DNA of 64,000 bases from Candidatus Shapirobacteria bacterium (GTDB taxonomy: Bacteria > Patescibacteriota > Microgenomatia > UBA12405). The translations under genes and the position numbers were made by a program. The stretch spans positions 231,983 through 295,982 of the forward strand of contig JBAZTV010000001.1 of the NCBI GenBank assembly GCA_041661765.1. Reading direction: 5' to 3'. Position 1 is the first letter of the stretch. Each line of letters opens with the position of its first letter. Below are positions 49,654-57,679 of this stretch, in pieces. Under the pieces are notes generated by a model. It was given only the letters and a program-made list of their open reading frames with translations, had not been told where the DNA came from and ran no database searches.

Positions 49654-50303
49654 TGGATAATAATAAATTAAACAATCCAATAATAGGTGATATTAAAAAA
49701 GCTTTAGTTTATATTAACTCAGATCTAAACAGATTAATAAAAGAAATAAAGCCAAGAAATAATATCCCAGGAGATTGTAATTTTCCAATAATACTTTTTT
49801 GTCTTACAAGTATTGAATTTTTAGGAACACTTTGTTTTGATGATTCTACTGATGAACAACGTTCCAAAAAATACATTGAAAAATATTTTATTGATAATAA
49901 AAGTAAAGAATTAATATACAAATTCGGAATCTTAAATTTTGTAAATATTTTTAGAAATGGACTTACACATAATTTTTATGTAAAACATGGTTTCGGAATA
50001 CAAAGAAAAAGTAGAGAAATTTTATTTCTAAATCGAGAAAACAAATTTATTTTAAGGACAAATAAATTTGTAAATTCTTTTTTAAAATCTTTATCTTCTT
50101 TTGAAGAAGAATTAAAAAATAATAATTTTCAGGATGAAATATGTCGAAGATATTTAAAATTAATTAATGATGATAATAAAAAATTTAATGTTTTTTCCAG
50201 TAAAGTTTCCATAGATAACTTTACTGTTAAAGCGGCAAATGCTTCAACTTCAAGTTATAATCTATGCCCAAGTGCTGCAAATGTTGATAATATTTATGAC
50301 TGA
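49653..50303 (+). CDS. Hypothetical protein
   Basis: ORF whose start overlaps the rarA stop. No motif recognised. Confidence 0.4.
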   Translation: MDNNKLNNPIIGDIKKALVYINSDLNRLIKEIKPRNNIPGDCNFPIILFCLTSIEFLGTLCFDDSTDEQRSKKYIEKYFIDNKSKELIYKFGILNFVNIFRNGLTHNFYVKHGFGIQRKSREILFLNRENKFILRTNKFVNSFLKSLSSFEEELKNNNFQDEICRRYLKLINDDNKKFNVFSSKVSIDNFTVKAANASTSSYNLCPSAANVDNIYD

Positions 50304-50340
50304 AAAAATTTTTTACCAAAACAAAAATTTTAAATTTCCA

Positions 50341-50370
50341 TGTAGAGACGTAGCGCGCTACGTCTCTACA
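50341..50370. repeat. Perfect 30-bp palindrome TGTAGAGACGTAGCGCGCTACGTCTCTACA (REP-like), copy A, intergenic
   Basis: Self-complementary as read. Located 56 bp upstream of the RAYT-like gene. Confidence 0.8.
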
Positions 50371-50425
50371 TAACAACAAAAAAACGTTCCTACAAATATA
50401 AATTTATATTTCTATTATTTAAATA

Positions 50426-51019
50426 ATGGTCGATAATCCAACTAAGTTTGCCGATAAATTTAAATTAAAATCTTCTCGTCTCCAAAACTGGAACTATTCA
50501 ACTCCAGGATATTACTTCATCACCATCTGTACCCACAACCACAATAATTTTTTTGGAAAAATTATTAACAACAAGATGGAATTGTCAAAACGTGGTGAAA
50601 TTACTAAATCTGAATTATTAAAAACATTTGAAATCAGAAAAAATATTAAATTACATGAATGGGTAATTATGCCAAATCATGTGCATGTTTTAATGGAAAT
50701 TGAAAAACAAAATTATCAACACAATAAATGTAGAGACGTAGCGCGCTACGTCTCTACAAAACTAAACAACATCTCTACAGAAGAAAATAATAAAAATTTT
50801 TCAAAAATTTCACCCAAACCAAATTCAATTTCATCAATAATACGTTCATTCAAATCAGCCGTTACCCATCAAATAAATCCCAAAACAATATTTTTTGCTT
50901 GGCAACCCCGTTTCCACGATCAAATCATTAAAGATGAAAAAAAATTATTAATGATCAAAAATTATATAATCAATAATCCTATTAATTGGCAAAAAGATAA
51001 ATTTTATAATTTAAAATAA
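50426..51019 (+). CDS. REP-associated tyrosine transposase (RAYT; IS200/TnpA-like HuH) with an in-frame insertion
   Basis: 'GYYFITICTHNHNNFF', HuH 'MPNHVHVLM', C-terminal 'WQPRFHDQII...IKNYIINNPINW' (YafM-like). About 40 extra residues lie between the HuH and Tyr regions and include the palindrome-encoded 'CRDVARYVST'. Confidence 0.7.
   Translation: MVDNPTKFADKFKLKSSRLQNWNYSTPGYYFITICTHNHNNFFGKIINNKMELSKRGEITKSELLKTFEIRKNIKLHEWVIMPNHVHVLMEIEKQNYQHNKCRDVARYVSTKLNNISTEENNKNFSKISPKPNSISSIIRSFKSAVTHQINPKTIFFAWQPRFHDQIIKDEKKLLMIKNYIINNPINWQKDKFYNLK
50729..50758. repeat. Perfect 30-bp palindrome, copy B, identical to 50341-50370 and located inside the RAYT reading frame
   Basis: Identical 30-mer, 388 bp downstream of copy A. 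Confidence 0.8.
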
Positions 51020-51022
51020 AAC

Positions 51023-51502
51023 GTGAATAAAGAAAATATTTCTCAAGCCCTAACTACTGGTTTAGTTGCCGGTTATGCTGGTAAAACTGAATTTATTAAA
51101 ACAAACAGAGGCAGTTTTAGTGTAAAATCCAGTCATTTTGAAGATGAAAAAATAATTTACCATGATGAATGGACAAAAGGTGGCGGACAAGAAATTGTAA
51201 AAATCGGTGAAGAATCATTTACTCGTGTTTATGCTGGAGGGGTTGTCGATAAAGAAGTTTTAGAAAAATTAAATATTACCCATGACGATGTTATTTCTAG
51301 TTTAATGAATAAAATCCAAAAATTAGGTGAAAAAACTCGTTTATTTGCTAATTGCCCTGTAGATTTAGAAAATGATTGGAAATATGAGTACAAGATTTTA
51401 GATCAAGACGATGAAATTTCAGTTACCACAGGCAAAGAAACTATTAAATATAAAGATCAATTGGTTTTTACCCACGTCTTTGTTTTAAGTCCAATTAAAT
51501 AA
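51023..51502 (+). CDS. Hypothetical protein
   Basis: ORF only. Confidence 0.4.
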   Translation: MNKENISQALTTGLVAGYAGKTEFIKTNRGSFSVKSSHFEDEKIIYHDEWTKGGGQEIVKIGEESFTRVYAGGVVDKEVLEKLNITHDDVISSLMNKIQKLGEKTRLFANCPVDLENDWKYEYKILDQDDEISVTTGKETIKYKDQLVFTHVFVLSPIK

Positions 51503-51503
51503 A

Positions 51504-51740
51504 ATGTATTTCCTCTACATACTCCAATGCGCCGACCAAACCCTTTACACTGGCATTACCACCAATTTAGACAGAAGAGTCAAAGAACACAATAATTCCA
51601 AATTGGGTGCCAAATATACCAAGGTCAGACGACCAGTAAAATTAGTTTATTCGCAACAATTTACTGATCGATCAGAGGCCTCAAAAGAAGAATCAAGAAT
51701 TAAAAAATTATCACGTCAGCAAAAATTAAGTCTTTTTTAA
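51504..51740 (+). CDS. GIY-YIG nuclease-domain protein (UPF0213-like)
   Basis: 'MYFLYILQCADQTLYTGITTNLDRRVKEH' GIY...YIG motif. Confidence 0.7.
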   Translation: MYFLYILQCADQTLYTGITTNLDRRVKEHNNSKLGAKYTKVRRPVKLVYSQQFTDRSEASKEESRIKKLSRQQKLSLF

Positions 51741-51775
51741 GAATTTCTTAAGAATTTAATTTTTTAATATGGGTT

Positions 51776-54049
51776 ATGGTTAACCCTATCTTTGTTCAAT
51801 TTTTTTTCATCATTTTTATAAATATTGTTCACCCAATTTATGCAGAAGAACCAACCCCTATTCTAGAATCAACAACCACTCCAGAACCAACTATTGAAAT
51901 TACTCCATATACTTCTCCGATTATAACCATAACCCAGCCCCCAACCCCAATAACCACTGAAACACCAGGAATTAATCCCTTTTTAGAAACCGATAAATCA
52001 GATTATTCTCCGACCGAAACAGTAATTATTTCAGGCCATAATTTTTTATCGAACACTCAATATTTTTTGAATATTACTTCAGACAATTTAAATATTATTG
52101 AACCAATTACCTCAAATGAATCAGGATCTTTTACTTATAACTATGAATTAGACGGTATTTACCGTACAACTTATAAAGTTGAAATTAAAGATTTAAACAA
52201 TAATATTATTTCTAATATCATTTTTACTGATAGGCGAGATGTTATTTCGGCAACCATTAATGGTGTTAATTCGGTCAATGTTTTTCCAAAAGAGTCAATT
52301 ATTGTCACCGTCGGTGTCAATACTGATTGGTGGTGGTTTTGGAATAATGATTGGAGATCAACCTCTTGGCGATTTGGAAATTCTGGAAATTGGAATTGTG
52401 TCGACACTCCCGACCATCTTAAATCAGGCGATTATTTTGAATCATTTGAAATTGATTCTCCTTCAACCTTAGGAAAATATCAATTACAAATTAGAGTTTA
52501 TGGACTTAAAAATTGTAACCCTCTATTAAAGAGTGATATTTTTACTCTAAAAAATGCCATCACTGTTTTAACTCCCGACACCACTCCTCCCATAATTACC
52601 ATTGATCCCTATAATACTACTCCAACTAATCAAGATATTACTATTACCGCTTCAACCAACGAAGGCATTATTAATACCACCACTCACACTTTTACAGAAA
52701 ATAGTAGTTTTACTTTTACTGCCACTGATGATGCTGGAAATATTTCTAATCAAACCGTAAATATTAATAATATTGATAAAACCACTCCTTCTACTCCTTC
52801 ATTAATTTCGCCACTTGATGGCATTTCATTAAAAGGGGATTCGATTATCAATGATTGGTCGAGCATCAGCGATGCTAATAAATATTTTTATGAAAGTTAT
52901 TCCGATCAAGAAACTAGTCAATTAAAATGTAGTCAAATTATTTTTGCTCCAGATCATTCTAATACTATAAATACTGCCACAGACGATACCTTCTGGTGGA
53001 GAGTTAGAGCAATTGACAATGCTGAAAATCAAAGTCAATGGAGCGAATTAAGAAAATTAATTATCGATAATACTCCACCAGTGATTACTGTCAATCATTA
53101 CAATACTAATCCAACCAATCAAAATATTACCGTCACTGCTTCCACTAATGAAGGTGAATTAAATGAGAAATCCCATATCTTTGAATCAAATGGGTCTTTT
53201 GTTTTTATCGCTATTGACGATGCTGGAAATAGCTCTAGTAAAACAATAACTATTACAAATATTGATAAAACCAGCCCTATTCTTAGTTTTTCGATTAACC
53301 CAAATAATCCTGATACTGATAATGGTTGGTATAAAACTCAACCTCAAATTAATTTGTCATTTACAGACAATAATTTCACCATCATTCAATATCAATGGGA
53401 TACTCCCACTGGAGAATGGATTAATTATATCGATTTTATAAAACCTAATTTTGAAGGTATTCACACCCTTTATTTTCGTGCCATTGATTTAGCTGGAAAT
53501 CAAACCACTGGTTTTAAAGAAATTAAGTGGGATCAAACAGATCCGTATTTGGCTCCTCAAAATATTATCGCCGATCCGAATCCCACCAGTAGTAACACTT
53601 CTAAAATTAAATGGAAAACTGCAAAAGATAATATTGGTATTGATAAATATGAAATCCAATGGATTTTAAATGATATTAATAATCCGCTCTTTTATTCAAA
53701 AACCGTTGGAGTAAACACTACTGAAGTTGATATTGATAAATTAATTAAAGGTCGCTGGACAGTTAAAATTATAGCCTTTGATTTTAGCAGTCGAGTCAAA
53801 GATAATTCTATCGATTTATATATTACTGATTCCGTTTCACCTACTCCGATTCCAACTTTTAAATTAAATAAAACTATCTCTATTGTCACTCCTAAAATTA
53901 CTCCTAATCAAATCGCTCAAGATTTTTCACCAGAAATAAAAGGTGTTAGCAGTACTAATACTAACAACTCTATTCCATGGCGACTAATCCTAAGTTTAGG
54001 TATCATTATTTTATTTATCGGTGGTCGCAGACTTTTTTCCAAAAAATAA
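51776..54049 (+). CDS. Large surface protein: signal peptide, Thr/Pro-rich region, repeated Ig/FN3-like modules, C-terminal transmembrane anchor
   Basis: Duplicated ~70-aa modules 'DPYNTTPTNQDITITASTNEG...ATDDAGNISNQTVNINNIDKTTPS' and 'NHYNTNPTNQNITVTASTNEG...AIDDAGNSSSKTITITNIDKTSP'. The last ~25 aa are hydrophobic. Confidence 0.6.
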   Translation: MVNPIFVQFFFIIFINIVHPIYAEEPTPILESTTTPEPTIEITPYTSPIITITQPPTPITTETPGINPFLETDKSDYSPTETVIISGHNFLSNTQYFLNITSDNLNIIEPITSNESGSFTYNYELDGIYRTTYKVEIKDLNNNIISNIIFTDRRDVISATINGVNSVNVFPKESIIVTVGVNTDWWWFWNNDWRSTSWRFGNSGNWNCVDTPDHLKSGDYFESFEIDSPSTLGKYQLQIRVYGLKNCNPLLKSDIFTLKNAITVLTPDTTPPIITIDPYNTTPTNQDITITASTNEGIINTTTHTFTENSSFTFTATDDAGNISNQTVNINNIDKTTPSTPSLISPLDGISLKGDSIINDWSSISDANKYFYESYSDQETSQLKCSQIIFAPDHSNTINTATDDTFWWRVRAIDNAENQSQWSELRKLIIDNTPPVITVNHYNTNPTNQNITVTASTNEGELNEKSHIFESNGSFVFIAIDDAGNSSSKTITITNIDKTSPILSFSINPNNPDTDNGWYKTQPQINLSFTDNNFTIIQYQWDTPTGEWINYIDFIKPNFEGIHTLYFRAIDLAGNQTTGFKEIKWDQTDPYLAPQNIIADPNPTSSNTSKIKWKTAKDNIGIDKYEIQWILNDINNPLFYSKTVGVNTTEVDIDKLIKGRWTVKIIAFDFSSRVKDNSIDLYITDSVSPTPIPTFKLNKTISIVTPKITPNQIAQDFSPEIKGVSSTNTNNSIPWRLILSLGIIILFIGGRRLFSKK

Positions 54050-54065
54050 TACAATATAACGTATT

Positions 54066-54794
54066 ATGATTATTAATAAAATTCATCTTCAAATTCTAGA
54101 AGACATTGACCATTTAATCGTCTCTAAAAAAACTGATACTCAATGGGTTAAAAAATATCTCGGCACCGATAAAATTTTTCATGGTTTTTCCACTGGTCAA
54201 ATGGTCGATTTAGCAAAAAAGATAGTTAAAGAAAATAATTTGACCGACCCTCAAATAATTAGATTATCTGATTCTCTTTATAAAAATGGAACTACCTATA
54301 CTGAAATCGCCATCGCTGCCATCATTTTAGGTCAATCAAAAACTCTTTTAAAAAGTTTTGATCCAAATCATCTTGATTTATGGTTAAATTATACCTGTGG
54401 TTGGGCAGAAAATGATGTACTTTGCCAATCAAATTTTACTGATGAAATTATTTTGAATAATTGGTCTGCTTGGGAAAGAATTTTAAAACAATTTAATAAA
54501 GATAAAAACATTAATAAACGCAGGGCCAGTTTAGTTTTATTAACTAAATCTCTCCGTCAATCAGATGATTCACGTTTATCAAAAATTGCTTTTGAAAATA
54601 TCGAAAAATTAAAATCCGAAAAAGAAATATTAATTACTAAAGCCGTTTCTTGGTTGCTTCGTTCTTTAGTTAAATTTCACCAAAAAGAGGTTTTAGATTA
54701 TCTCGAAAAAAATAAAAACACTCTTCCTAAAATTGCTTACCGAGAAGCGTTTACTAAAGCCACCACCGGCCGTAAATACAACAAAAAGAAATAG
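54066..54794 (+). CDS. Possible DNA alkylation repair (AlkD-like HEAT-repeat) protein
   Basis: Helical repeat composition and 'WLNYTCGWAENDVLCQ'. Weak assignment. Confidence 0.35.
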   Translation: MIINKIHLQILEDIDHLIVSKKTDTQWVKKYLGTDKIFHGFSTGQMVDLAKKIVKENNLTDPQIIRLSDSLYKNGTTYTEIAIAAIILGQSKTLLKSFDPNHLDLWLNYTCGWAENDVLCQSNFTDEIILNNWSAWERILKQFNKDKNINKRRASLVLLTKSLRQSDDSRLSKIAFENIEKLKSEKEILITKAVSWLLRSLVKFHQKEVLDYLEKNKNTLPKIAYREAFTKATTGRKYNKKK

Positions 54795-54834
54795 CCTCCC
54801 TGTCAAGGGAGGTGCCCGAAGGGCGGAGGGTTTT
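54795..54834 (+). repeat. Copy 2 of the two-hairpin repeat: CCTCCC-TGTCAA-GGGAGG, TGCCC-GAA-GGGC, GGAGGGTTTT
   Basis: 40-mer identical to 56283-56322. Confidence 0.7.
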
Positions 54835-54845
54835 AAAACCAAAAA

Positions 54846-54868
54846 CCCCTCCTTTTTTAAGGGAGGGG
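54846..54868. terminator. Hairpin CCCCTCC-TTTTTTAAG-GGAGGGG between convergent genes, a likely bidirectional terminator
   Basis: Stem with A/T-rich flanks. Lies between the + strand gene ending at 54794 and the - strand helicase gene ending at 54888. Confidence 0.5.
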
Positions 54869-54887
54869 GTAGGGGTAGGTTTTAGAT

Positions 54888-56174
54888 TTAATATCTATCT
54901 TCCACAAAAGTCAAAGCATAACCTTGATGATCAGCTCGTCCAGTTCTACCAATTCGGTGAACATAATCTTCGTAATTATTTGGTTTATCGTAGTTAATTA
55001 CATGAGTAATATCAGCCACATCCAAACCTCTAGCTGCAACATCAGTAGCAATCAAAATATTAATTTCGTTTTCTTTAAATTTTCTTAAAGTTGTTTGTCG
55101 TTGATATTGGGCTTTATTTCCATGAAGTGAACCAACTTTAAATCCTTGCTGACCCAAACCTACAGATAGTTTTTCAACTACTAATTTAGTTCCACCAAAA
55201 ACTAACACTTTTTTAAATTCTTCTTGATGTAGTAATTTACTAAGCATAGTTTCTTTATCTTCTCGTCTTACTCTTACAATGTTTTGTTCAACATTTTTAG
55301 AGCTTTCTTGAGTTTTAACCGAAATTTCAGCCGGATTAGTTAGAAAAGAATCAATTAAGGGTTGGATTTTTCTATTAACTGTTGCTGAGAAAAATAAAGT
55401 TTGATGAGGTGTGGGAATTTGGCTTACAATTTCTTTAATATCTTGCACAAAACCCATATCCAACATTCGATCAACTTCATCTAAAACAATAGTATCGAAT
55501 TTATCAAAACGAATCACCCTTCTTTTGGCTAAATCTTTAATTCTTCCTGGAGTTCCCACAATAATATGTGGATCTCTCTTAATATCCAATATTTGTTCTC
55601 GAATATAAGCTCCACCAATGGCCAAAGCCACAAAAACTCTCATACCAAAAGTAAAAGATCTAATTTCTTGTTTTGTTTGTTGAGCTAATTCTCGAGTCGG
55701 TGACAAAATAAGAATTCTTTTATTTGGATTTTCTAAAATTTTATTAATTAAAGGTAAAGAAAAAGCTGCAGTTTTACCTGTTCCAGTGTTAGAAATACCC
55801 AAAACATCTCGGCCATCCAAAATATGGGGGATTATTTCGTCTTGAATTGGAGTTGGTTTTAAATACCCTTTATTCTTAATATTATCCATTAAAATTGGGT
55901 TTAAATCAAAATCTTTAAAATTATTTTTAACTTTAGCATCTTCAATTTTTACCATTGGCTCAGCTTTTTGGATAAACATAGACACGTCAATTCGACTTTC
56001 AAAAATTCGATTTCTATTACCACCGTTTCTACTACCGACAAATCTATTTCCACCATTTCCGGCATTACTTCTGCCACCAAATCTGGTTCGACCACTATTT
56101 GGTCTTTGTTGAGTTTTACCACCAAAATTATTGGTGAATTTATTCTGATACATAATTTTTGTTGACCTAAACAC
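54888..56174 (-). CDS. DEAD-box ATP-dependent RNA helicase with an RG-rich N-terminal extension
   Basis: Q motif 'PTPIQ', 'GTGKTAAF', 'DEVD', 'SAT', 'HRIGRTGR'. N-terminal Gly/Arg/Asn-rich ~60 aa. Confidence 0.9.
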   Translation of the reverse strand: MFRSTKIMYQNKFTNNFGGKTQQRPNSGRTRFGGRSNAGNGGNRFVGSRNGGNRNRIFESRIDVSMFIQKAEPMVKIEDAKVKNNFKDFDLNPILMDNIKNKGYLKPTPIQDEIIPHILDGRDVLGISNTGTGKTAAFSLPLINKILENPNKRILILSPTRELAQQTKQEIRSFTFGMRVFVALAIGGAYIREQILDIKRDPHIIVGTPGRIKDLAKRRVIRFDKFDTIVLDEVDRMLDMGFVQDIKEIVSQIPTPHQTLFFSATVNRKIQPLIDSFLTNPAEISVKTQESSKNVEQNIVRVRREDKETMLSKLLHQEEFKKVLVFGGTKLVVEKLSVGLGQQGFKVGSLHGNKAQYQRQTTLRKFKENEINILIATDVAARGLDVADITHVINYDKPNNYEDYVHRIGRTGRADHQGYALTFVEDRY

Positions 56175-56282
56175 TGTTTTTTGGCCGTAACCTAGAAACT
56201 TGCGGTGCCCACAAAAAAATAATGCACCAATTTGCTCAAATCAGTCTGTAGTCTACCACATCCCCACCCAATTGCAAACAGG

Positions 56283-56322
56283 CCTCCCTGTCAAGGGAGG
56301 TGCCCGAAGGGCGGAGGGTTTT
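56283..56322 (+). repeat. Copy 3 of the two-hairpin repeat (identical 40-mer)
   Basis: Exact match to 54795-54834. Lies between the helicase start and the Nramp gene stop. Confidence 0.7.
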
Positions 56323-56323
56323 A

Positions 56324-57589
56324 TTAAAAAAACACCTGCCACAACATCACCAACACAGAAATCAACATAAATCCAAAAATTATCCATGCTACTACTTTAT
56401 TTTTCTTTTTAGTCTTAAATTTACCCACAATTCTCTCGTCGTCGCTCAGTTTAATGATAATGGCAATCAAAGGCACAGCAGCTATACCATTAATAACTGC
56501 TGAATAATAAAGCGCACTCATAATATTGATTTTAAGTAAATTCATTGCAAGTCCGACTATTGTTGACACTGCAATGATTGCATAAAACATTTTTGCTTTT
56601 TTAAATTTTTTAGATAAACCTTCTTTGAATCCAAAAGCATCAGAAATTGCATAACCAACCGATCCTGCCAAAACCGGAATCGACTGCCAACCAATTCCAA
56701 TTATTCCCACCGCAAATAAAATATAAGCAAAATTTCCCGCCAATGGTTTAAGTGCCAACGCTGCTTGTTGTGGTGTTTCTATATCAGTAATTCCATGAGC
56801 GTGCAGTGTCGCTGCTGTCGTTATAATTATTGAAAAAGTCATCAAATTGGAAAATAACATTCCAATTTTTGTGTCTCGCCCCATAGCTGTAATTTCTTTT
56901 TGTTTTACTTCTGGTTTACAATCGAAATCTTTTACCTTACCATCGGCTATTTCTTCCTCTATTTCTTCTGATGCTTGCCAAAAAAACAAATAAGGTGAAA
57001 TAGTTGTTCCTAAAAACCCGATCATTGTCATGATATATCCTAAATTGAATTCTATTTGTGGAATCAACGTACTAAATGCAATTGTTTTCCAATCTTGTTT
57101 CACCATAAAAGCCGTAATCAAATAAACCCCCAAACTTAATCCTAACCATTTTAAAACTCTTGAATATTTTTTATAAGGAATAATTATTTCCATTAAGATA
57201 ATCAGCACTCCGATAAAAATCAGCCAGCCAAAAAAATTCAATCCAAAAAGCATTTGCATTGATGCCGCCATTATTCCCAAATCAGACCCAATATTAATAG
57301 TATTAGCAACCGCCAATAATGAAACTGCCATAAATAATAATCTTTTTGAATGATATTTTTTAATTACTCCAGCTAAACCCTTGCCCGAAGTCATTCCAAT
57401 TCGTCCACACATTTCCTGAATTACCACCATTGCCGGCCATAAAAATAACGCCAACCAACTCATTTTATAGCCATATTGAGCTCCAGCAATCGAATAAGTC
57501 GCAATTCCCGACGGATCATCATCAGCCGCTCCAGTAATAAACCCCGGTCCAATTTTTTTGAAAAAGTTTCTAATTTTTGTTAATATCAC
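56324..57589 (-). CDS. mntH: Nramp-family divalent metal transporter
   Basis: 'GPGFITGAADDDPSGIATYS' Nramp signature, polytopic. Confidence 0.85.
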   Translation of the reverse strand: MILTKIRNFFKKIGPGFITGAADDDPSGIATYSIAGAQYGYKMSWLALFLWPAMVVIQEMCGRIGMTSGKGLAGVIKKYHSKRLLFMAVSLLAVANTINIGSDLGIMAASMQMLFGLNFFGWLIFIGVLIILMEIIIPYKKYSRVLKWLGLSLGVYLITAFMVKQDWKTIAFSTLIPQIEFNLGYIMTMIGFLGTTISPYLFFWQASEEIEEEIADGKVKDFDCKPEVKQKEITAMGRDTKIGMLFSNLMTFSIIITTAATLHAHGITDIETPQQAALALKPLAGNFAYILFAVGIIGIGWQSIPVLAGSVGYAISDAFGFKEGLSKKFKKAKMFYAIIAVSTIVGLAMNLLKINIMSALYYSAVINGIAAVPLIAIIIKLSDDERIVGKFKTKKKNKVVAWIIFGFMLISVLVMLWQVFF

Positions 57590-57679
57590 TTGCTAAAGAT
57601 ATCAGATCAGCTTCCCATTCATCAAGGGAGAGGGTTAGGGCGAGTGGGCTTTTATTTATATATGTAGTAAAATAGTTCC

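Noticed and set aside
50341-50758. The 30-bp palindrome copies might be CRISPR repeats.
   Set aside because: Only two copies, 388 bp apart, with no regular spacer periodicity and no cas genes. They are associated with a RAYT-like gene, so a REP-type element is the better explanation.
57611-57657. Possible fifth copy of the two-hairpin repeat in the korA/Nramp divergent promoter region.
   Set aside because: Only the 'TCAAGGGAG' core matches and the hairpins are imperfect. Too degenerate to count confidently.
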